Positions 57,960-64,000 of a DNA stretch of 64,000 nucleotides are shown here, piece after piece. Under the pieces are notes generated by a model, which worked only from the letters and a program-made list of their open reading frames with translations, was not told the DNA's origin and ran no database searches. The stretch is from Candidatus Omnitrophota bacterium. GTDB taxonomy: Bacteria; Omnitrophota; Gorgyraeia; JABMRN01; RBG-13-46-9. The position numbers and the translations under genes are program-made. The DNA lies in contig JBDRHE010000059.1 in assembly GCA_043817155.1 (NCBI GenBank), forward strand, positions 65,540 through 129,539, in the 5' to 3' direction. Position 1 is the first letter of the stretch. Each line of letters opens with the position of its first letter.

Positions 57960-58841
57960 TCATATATGCGATCCCATGCGCCTTAGTTTCTTAATAATAG
58001 GTATCTCGCTATCATATATCTTTATATCGCCGTCACCTTTTGCCGTTTCCCAGTTTCTTATATCGGTAACTAGTCTAACCAAACCCTGCGGCTCAACGGA
58101 CGCTGCTTGATCACTCCCCCACATGGACCTATCTAATGTTATATGCCTTTCAACGCAAGATGCCCCAAGCACAGCAGCTGCAAAAGTTGTATATAATCCA
58201 ACCTCGTGGCCTGAATAGCCGATTGGCACATCATATTCTTCTCTCAAAGTTACAATACCTCTTAAGTTTAACTCCTCAGACTTCGAAGGATATGTGCTTG
58301 TACAATGCATTATGATCAAATTATCCGTTCCAAGTATATTTACCGCGCGTTCGATCATCTTCGCGTCGCTCATGCCTGTAGACAGGATCATGGGCTTCCC
58401 TTTCTCTTTATGATACCGTAACAGGCTCTCGTCGGTAAGGGTAGCTGACGCGATCTTGTAGCACGGAGGATCGAACTGGCTGATAAAATCTACGGAAGCC
58501 TCATCCCACGAGGAGGCGAACCAATCGATACCCCTCTCTTTGCAGTACCTGTCGATCTCTTTATATTTTTTGAGATCGAACTCAAGCCCTCTTTTCAAAT
58601 CTCCGTTAGTAGGGCCGAATGGATTCTCCCTCGGCTTTGAAAGCTCCTCCTGGCTGTAAACTGTTTCGACTGTTCTCTTTTGAAATTTAACTGCATCGCA
58701 ACCCGAGTTCAGGGCAACATCGATCAGTTTCTTTGCGATATCCACACTCCCGTTGTGGTTGATCCCGATCTCAGCTATTACGTAGCAAGAATGCTCGTCT
58801 CCGATCACCTTATCTCCTATTCTTACTGTCTTCCTTGCCAT
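57960..58841 (-). CDS. NeuB-family nonulosonic acid synthase lacking the C-terminal SAF domain
   Basis: VIAEIGINHNGS and KFQK blocks of NeuB/PseI/LegI; 293 aa, so the ~60-aa SAF domain is absent. Confidence 0.7.
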   Translation of the reverse strand: MARKTVRIGDKVIGDEHSCYVIAEIGINHNGSVDIAKKLIDVALNSGCDAVKFQKRTVETVYSQEELSKPRENPFGPTNGDLKRGLEFDLKKYKEIDRYCKERGIDWFASSWDEASVDFISQFDPPCYKIASATLTDESLLRYHKEKGKPMILSTGMSDAKMIERAVNILGTDNLIIMHCTSTYPSKSEELNLRGIVTLREEYDVPIGYSGHEVGLYTTFAAAVLGASCVERHITLDRSMWGSDQAASVEPQGLVRLVTDIRNWETAKGDGDIKIYDSEIPIIKKLRRMGSHI

Positions 58842-58866
58842 AATAAAACCCCCCTTCTTTAATGAT

Positions 58867-59235
58867 CTAAACCTTGATCTCCTTCTTAAAATTCTCGATC
58901 TCGAGCTTTAGCCTCGCATATTGTTGGGTCTTCCAGGTTAAGAATTCGCGTGCCAGGCGTATCTTCGTCTTAATACCGTATGGCGTGAGCAAATACATGT
59001 AAGCAAGTTTTCTCTTTGAATTCTTAAAATTCTGTATCTTTATAACGCCTTTATCCACAAGGGCGTTGATAAGAAAGTTTATCTTCCCTAGGCTAACTGT
59101 CATCTTTTCGGCAAGATAGCGCTGGGTAGCCTGCGGGTTCTTCTCTATCTCCCTTATCAGATGGTAGGCCTCTTCAGATTCAAAAATATCAACAACCTTG
59201 CCGTTTGTTATCTTCTTCTGGTTACCGTTCTTCAT
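58867..59235 (-). CDS. MarR-family winged-helix regulator (EPS-locus-associated type); start placed at internal MKNGNQK
   Basis: wHTH region QRYLAEKMTVSLGKINFLINALVDKGVI; ~120 aa from the internal Met. The ORF track extends to 59397. Confidence 0.5.
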   Translation of the reverse strand: MKNGNQKKITNGKVVDIFESEEAYHLIREIEKNPQATQRYLAEKMTVSLGKINFLINALVDKGVIKIQNFKNSKRKLAYMYLLTPYGIKTKIRLAREFLTWKTQQYARLKLEIENFKKEIKV

Positions 59236-59397
59236 GTGTTCAACCTCTGAACATATAGTATCAAAATAGACCATTTTAGTCAAGCCTATATGCCAAATAA
59301 TATTACATTTAGCACCCCACCTCTCAACCGGAGTATGCCAGCAGCCTGGGGCGCATGAGAGCATTCTGCGCATAGCAGAAAGAAGAAGAGAATTCAT

Positions 59398-59640
59398 TCC
59401 CCAGAAAATGTTTACCTCCGCTTATTAGGTAACGCCTTTTATTGAGATGAGAAGAGGGGATGCCGAACTCACCCCGCACATAAAGTGCGGGGTTCAAACA
59501 TTGCGTCATCCTTTTTGTATGAAAATCCCTGCCTGCCGGCAGTGCAGGTTCTTACAAAGAAAACCTCTTCTCATCTCAATAAAAGGCTAACATTTTCCAA
59601 TGGGGCCCCTTTGAATTCTCTTCTTCTTCTCTCTTAGAGG
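59398..59640 (-). repeat. Structured palindromic element family B copy 2 (inverse orientation to 8760-9062), with inserted gc-palindrome
   Basis: Terminal inverted repeat ttattgagatgagaagagg / cctcttctcatctcaataa. Flanks (ggtaaacattttctgg; aaaggggccccattggaaaatgttagcc) match copy 1 as reverse complement. Confidence 0.8.
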
Positions 59641-59719
59641 ACTGTTGTTAATACTCACTAATTGTGCCCCATTTTTAATGTGTAATATCGGTCTAATTAT
59701 TGATAAAGTTCTTTCATCC

Positions 59720-59848
59720 CCGCGAAAGAGGCTGTATCGCAATACCGTTTTAGGCCTCAAAACATCGTCTTTGCGAGGAGGCGCGAAGCGCCAACGTAGC
59801 AATCTCCGACGAGACACAGGTGAGATTGCTACACAGCCTCGAAAGCGG
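59720..59848. other. Compact structured element (candidate small RNA or REP unit): outer stem ccccgc...gcgggg enclosing hairpins ggcgc-gaa-gcgcc and gtagcaatctc/gagattgctac
   Basis: Nested stems read directly; contains a family-A-like cgtctttgcgagg motif. Confidence 0.3.
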
Positions 59849-60049
59849 GGATCCATAAGTGTACTCTTTCTAATGCATTGGGGCTAGACTGGATTCCCGC
59901 TGTAGTTTAGACCTCGGCAGCGGTCCGGGAATAACAGAGTGTTGAGCAAGCTTATTAAGAGCTCCAAAAGGTTAACGACTTATTGAGCTTGTACAACTGT
60001 CCCCATACGAAGTCTATCCCTTTCTTTAAAGAGAGGCCACAGGGTTTGA

Positions 60050-60301
60050 GCCGGTAAACGAAGAGCGTTAAAAATTGAGGTATCTTCTGAAGGAGAGAAG
60101 AGGTTATCTGCCACAATATTTTGAGGCAAAGAGCGCCGAGGATGTTCGAGGCCGCTTCCATGCGGCCGAGTTCCCGAAGGCGCCCTCTTCTCTCCTTCAG
60201 AAGATACCGTACCGTAGGGGGTATATCCCGGATTAGCTAAAGGCATAGGAGGGCAATTTTTCTTATCAGATTATTATCAGAACGCTCTTCGTTTACCGGC
60301 T
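60050..60301 (-). repeat. Structured palindromic element family C copy 2 (31-nt perfect terminal inverted arms, 25-nt perfect inner stem, conserved core)
   Basis: Arms 60050-60080 / 60271-60301 are perfect reverse complements; the core matches 8590-8715 in reverse complement with few mismatches. Confidence 0.8.
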
Positions 60302-60402
60302 CAAACCCTGTAGCCCGTGGTTTTCATGTGAGATGGGCCCAGTCTCCGTATCGGCGACAGGTCCCTTTGCTGACAGAATCTCTGCCCAACTTTCTTGCAG
60401 TC

Positions 60403-61590
60403 TTATTTAAGGAAGGATTTTATGGAGTCGGCTATGCGGGAGATCTCGTCCTCTTTAAGTCCCGGGTAGACAGGCACCGCAAGAGTGGTCCTTGCGGCCT
60501 CTTCGGCATGCGGGAAATCGCCTTCTTTGCCGTTTAGGGATTTATAGCATTCCTGGAGATGGAGCGGTATAGGATAATAGACTCTGCTTGCAACACCAAG
60601 ATTTTCCAGATGCTGGGCGAGAGAGTCCCTTTTTGAATCTTTTACACGAATTATATACTGGTGATATACGTGTACATTATGACCCGGTACGTATGGCGTT
60701 GTGACGCCGCTATTCTTAAAACATTCATTGTAAAGCAGGGCGTTCTTCCTCCTGGACTCTGCCCAGGAATCGAGAACCTTTAACTTGACCCTGAGAATTG
60801 CTGCTTGAAGATTATCTAAACGCGAATTCGTTCCAACTATGGAATGGACGTATTTCTTGGAGCTACCGTGCTCTCTCATTAGCTTCAATTTCGAGGCCAG
60901 GTCTTTATTGTTTGTGACGACCATACCCCCATCGCCAAAAGCTCCCAGATTCTTGCTCGGAAAGAAACTTATGGCGCCTGCCTGGCCCATCGATCCTGCT
61001 TTTCGCCCCTTGTAGGTAGCCCCGATAGCCTGGGCGCAATCCTCTATAACAGTAAGTTTGTTAGCCCTTCCAACCTCCAGGATCTTATCCATGTCAGCAC
61101 ATTGACCATAGAGGTGAACAGGAATGATGGCCCTGGTTCTATCCGACATGCGTCGTTTGATCTCCTCCGGATCTATATTGTACGTCTCCGGATCTATATC
61201 GCAGAATACCGGGGTTCCTCCGCTATTTGTAATAGCGCCGGCGGTCGCCATAAATGTAAAAGGCGTTGTTATAACCTCTTCTCCCTGTTTAATATCGATT
61301 GCCTTAAGCGACAAAATAAGCGCATCGGTCCCTGAAGATACTCCGATAGCAAAGTTCGCGTCACAAAATTTGGCCATCTCCTCCTCGAAAAGCTTGACCT
61401 CCCTACCCATTATGAACTCTTGGGCATCGATCACTCCCTTTATTGCGCTATCTATCTCTTCTTTAATAGATCTGTATTGCTGTTTCAGATCGATGAGCGG
61501 TATGCGCCTGCCCATATTCTTTATCTGCGTCTTCATTGCTCCGTTACGCCTCTTTTTCCTTTCAAGAATCTTCGCTCGCAGCCGAAACAC
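60403..61590 (-). CDS. DegT/DnrJ/EryC1-family sugar aminotransferase (WbpE-like); true start probably at an internal Met near 61515-61536
   Basis: IPLIDLKQQYRSIKEEIDSAI...FIMGREVKLFEEE N-terminal DegT pattern. Confidence 0.75.
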   Translation of the reverse strand: MFRLRAKILERKKRRNGAMKTQIKNMGRRIPLIDLKQQYRSIKEEIDSAIKGVIDAQEFIMGREVKLFEEEMAKFCDANFAIGVSSGTDALILSLKAIDIKQGEEVITTPFTFMATAGAITNSGGTPVFCDIDPETYNIDPEEIKRRMSDRTRAIIPVHLYGQCADMDKILEVGRANKLTVIEDCAQAIGATYKGRKAGSMGQAGAISFFPSKNLGAFGDGGMVVTNNKDLASKLKLMREHGSSKKYVHSIVGTNSRLDNLQAAILRVKLKVLDSWAESRRKNALLYNECFKNSGVTTPYVPGHNVHVYHQYIIRVKDSKRDSLAQHLENLGVASRVYYPIPLHLQECYKSLNGKEGDFPHAEEAARTTLAVPVYPGLKEDEISRIADSIKSFLK

Positions 61591-62117
61591 TTGCTCTCTC
61601 TTTTCCTAAATTTAAGTTTCTCGCCGCAAACACAGATCCATCCCTTCAGCCTGGCGGGGTTACCATAGACCAGGCCAAAATCCGGTACATTCCTTGTAAC
61701 TACCGCGCCCGCGCCTACGAACGCATGCCGTCCGAGCGTGATCCCGCAAACTATAGTGGCATTCGCACCGATCGATGCGCCCTCTTTTATATGGGTTATC
61801 TTGTAAAAATTACTATTATTCCGCGGATAGAGAGAGCGCGGGTTTATAACGTTTGTAAAGACGCTCGACGGCCCGCAAAAGACATTGTCCTCCAATATGA
61901 CGCCTTCATATAGAGCTACGTTATTCTGGATCTTGACGTTATTTCCTATGGTAACATTCGGCGCAATAAAAACATTCTGCCCTATCCTGCAATTCATCCC
62001 GATCTTTGCTCTTTTGCAAACATGCGAAAAATGCCATATCGTAGTGCCCTTCCCTACGCTGGACCCCTTATCAACGCATGATGTTCTGTGAATTGAGATC
62101 GCGGCTTTACTCTTCAC
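61533..62117 (-). CDS. Hexapeptide-repeat sugar N-acetyltransferase (WbpD/WlbB-like)
   Basis: Left-handed beta-helix repeats; N-terminal IHRTSCVDKGSSVGKGTTIWHFSHV resembles WlbB/WbpD. Confidence 0.65.
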   Translation of the reverse strand: MKSKAAISIHRTSCVDKGSSVGKGTTIWHFSHVCKRAKIGMNCRIGQNVFIAPNVTIGNNVKIQNNVALYEGVILEDNVFCGPSSVFTNVINPRSLYPRNNSNFYKITHIKEGASIGANATIVCGITLGRHAFVGAGAVVTRNVPDFGLVYGNPARLKGWICVCGEKLKFRKRESKCFGCERRFLKGKRGVTEQ

Positions 62118-63173
62118 TCATCGCCCTACCTTCCTTACCTTCACGGCCCTTCCTGAAAGCTTGAGGGATCTTTCGGCGGCATCAAGTACGCTAAGAACCT
62201 CGACGCCATTTCTCCCATCGGTAAAGGGCCTTCGTCTTCCCGATACCGAATCTACAAAGTGCTGGCACTCCAGTTTCAGGGGCTCCCGCAGCTTCACCTT
62301 TGGAATGTGGACATCGCCATGCCTTAAGGTAAAGAACGACTGATAGTTATACTCGCCCGTTCTTTCAACGCCCTTATCATATATCTTTACCTTGTCAACC
62401 GGTTCCATATCATCGAAAACGGCCATCTTCCTTGAGCCTACTATCGTAAATTTCCTGATCTTATGCGGGTCGAGCCAGCTTACATGAATGTTTGAAAACC
62501 TTCTCTTCCCGAACTTGAGTGACATGAAGATAACGTCCTCGATTCCTTTTTGCAGATAGGCCTCTCCCCTGGCCATTACTTCGGTAGGCGTCTGGCCCAG
62601 CAGGTACATGGCAACCGAAACGTCGTGAGGGGCAAGGCTCCACATTGCATTCTCTTCCAGGCGTACCTGCCCGAGGTTAACCCTCGTGGAGTACATATAC
62701 AAAACCTTACCGAGCTCCCCTTGATCTATTATTCTTTTAAGGAGCCTGACTGCAGGATGGTAGAGCAGAAGGTGCCCGACCATCAGCACAAGGCCGGAAC
62801 TTTCCGCCATCCTTAAGATCCTCAGCGCATCTTTCATCTTAAGGGCTATAGGCTTTTCAACGAACACATGCTTTCTATTCTTCAAGCTAAGCTCTGCCAA
62901 TTTGCCGTGTGTCGAAGGCGGCGTGGCAATGATTATCGCGTCAAGCTCATGTTTCTCAAATAGGTCCTGCACTCTCGTCGTGGTTGCCATCCCGGGATAA
63001 AGACCCTGGACATCTCTCAGCTTCCCTTTGTCCTTATCGCAACATGCTACGACTCTTGCATTCCTTACCGCCGCAAAATTGCGTAAAAGATTACTGCCCC
63101 ATATACCTACCCCTATCTGCCCAAGCCTTAGCATGTGACCATTATCTCCCGGATTTATCTTTGAAGTATTCAA
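62118..63173 (-). CDS. Gfo/Idh/MocA-family NAD-dependent oxidoreductase (WbpB-like UDP-sugar 3-dehydrogenase); likely start at MLRLGQIG (~63134)
   Basis: N-terminal [17 protein letters not shown] Rossmann motif; EKP motif (VFVEKPIA). Confidence 0.65.
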   Translation of the reverse strand: MNTSKINPGDNGHMLRLGQIGVGIWGSNLLRNFAAVRNARVVACCDKDKGKLRDVQGLYPGMATTTRVQDLFEKHELDAIIIATPPSTHGKLAELSLKNRKHVFVEKPIALKMKDALRILRMAESSGLVLMVGHLLLYHPAVRLLKRIIDQGELGKVLYMYSTRVNLGQVRLEENAMWSLAPHDVSVAMYLLGQTPTEVMARGEAYLQKGIEDVIFMSLKFGKRRFSNIHVSWLDPHKIRKFTIVGSRKMAVFDDMEPVDKVKIYDKGVERTGEYNYQSFFTLRHGDVHIPKVKLREPLKLECQHFVDSVSGRRRPFTDGRNGVEVLSVLDAAERSLKLSGRAVKVRKVGR

Positions 63174-63990
63174 TCGTAGCCTTTAAACCATCTGTAAGCC
63201 TTACCCTCGGCTCCCACTTGAGGATCTTCCTTGCAAGCTTTACATTCGGTTTTCTGACTTTGGGGTCGTCTGTCGGTAGCTTTTTGAAAGCGATCCTGCC
63301 CTTGCCACCCGTCATCCGGGTTAGTATCCTCGCAAGCTCAAGAACCGTTATCTCATGCGGGTTTCCGATATTAACGGGATAATTGACGCGCGATCTGAGC
63401 AACCTGTATATGCCGTTAACCATGTCCGATACGTAGCAGAAGCTGCGCGTCTGTTTACCGTTGCCATAGACAGTCAGCGCCTGGCCATTAAGCCTCTGAT
63501 CGATGAAGTTGGGTATCACACGACCGTCGCGCTCGCGCATCCTTTCGCCGTAAGTATTGAAGATGCGTACGATCTTTGCATCGACACCGTGGGCCCGGTG
63601 ATAAGCCATAGTGATCGCTTCGGCAAAACGCTTCGCTTCATCGTAAACTCCGCGCGGCCCCACGCAATTGACATTTCCCCAATATGATTCAGGCTGCGGA
63701 TTCACAAGAGGGTCGCCATATACTTCTGAGGTCGAAGCGAGTAAAAATTTAGCTTTGTGTTTCTTCGCGACACCGAGGGCATTGTGCGTGCCGAGCGATC
63801 CAACCTTTAATGTCTTTATGGGGTACTTTAAATAATCGATCGGGCTCGCGGGCGAAGCAAAATGCAGCACGTAATCGATCCGTCCTTCAGTCTTTATAAA
63901 TTTGCTTACGTCATGTTTCACGAACCGGAAGCGCCTCTCCTTTAAGATATGCTTTATATTTTCTAGCGAACCTGTTATAAGATTATCCAT
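63142..63990 (-). CDS. UDP-glucuronate decarboxylase-like extended SDR (UXS/ArnA-decarboxylase type), 5' end beyond window
   Basis: DNLITGS...HFASPASP...YDEAKRFAE...NIGNP blocks typical of the UXS family. The N-terminal Rossmann motif is missing, so the gene continues past position 64000. Confidence 0.7.
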   Translation of the reverse strand: MDNLITGSLENIKHILKERRFRFVKHDVSKFIKTEGRIDYVLHFASPASPIDYLKYPIKTLKVGSLGTHNALGVAKKHKAKFLLASTSEVYGDPLVNPQPESYWGNVNCVGPRGVYDEAKRFAEAITMAYHRAHGVDAKIVRIFNTYGERMRERDGRVIPNFIDQRLNGQALTVYGNGKQTRSFCYVSDMVNGIYRLLRSRVNYPVNIGNPHEITVLELARILTRMTGGKGRIAFKKLPTDDPKVRKPNVKLARKILKWEPRVRLTDGLKATIEYFKDKSGR

Positions 63991-64000
63991 GCATATAACG

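Noticed and set aside
300-62816. Numerous plus-strand ORFs of 60-170 aa throughout the window
   Set aside because: All are antisense to, and nested inside, strongly supported minus-strand genes. They are low-complexity and show no motifs. They are treated as shadow ORFs.

Overview
The window is a single co-directional gene array: every supported gene is on the minus strand, from 63990 down to 9383. It reads as a very large surface-glycan or capsule biosynthesis island. There is no transposase, integrase, tRNA, rRNA or CRISPR. All family assignments below come from motif reading of the supplied translations; no database search was run.

Modules I can support:
- **Nonulosonic (sialic/legionaminic-like) acid pathway, 1563-7540.** A hydrolysing UDP-GlcNAc 2-epimerase, a hexapeptide acetyltransferase fused to a NeuB-family synthase, a DegT aminotransferase and an SDR dehydratase. 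Elsewhere in the array are a CMP-nonulosonate synthetase (55941-56702) and a second NeuB-family synthase that lacks the SAF domain (57960-58841).
- **Complete 2-aminoethylphosphonate (AEP) pathway, 37388-47207.** PEP mutase fused to a nucleotidyltransferase domain, a two-subunit phosphonopyruvate decarboxylase, a PhnW-type transaminase and a LicC-like cytidylyltransferase. Nearby sit a CDP-alcohol-phosphotransferase-family membrane protein and a choline-kinase-like phosphotransferase.
- **Methylation machinery.** Seven B12-binding radical-SAM paralogues, one smaller radical SAM and six class I SAM methyltransferases are interleaved with the transferases. This density is highly unusual.
- **Glycosyltransferases and modifiers.** Three GT4, three GT2 (two Dpm1/GtrB-like) and three GT-C-like membrane transferases. 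Also an MBOAT plus AlgJ-like O-acetylation pair, a deacetylase/GNAT pair, a Wzx flippase, and a WbpB/WbpE/WbpD-like trio with a UXS-like enzyme.
- **AsnB/PseA-like amidotransferase** interrupted by one in-frame TGA at a conserved Gly codon.

The roughly 50.4 kb between 9.06 kb and 59.4 kb is bracketed by a composite, highly structured repeat block of about 0.6-0.9 kb present in inverted orientation at both ends. The two copies show compensatory stem changes, and each block lies between a biosynthetic gene stop and a winged-helix regulator gene start. Further REP/BIME-like palindromic arrays lie at 53.2 kb and 57.6 kb.
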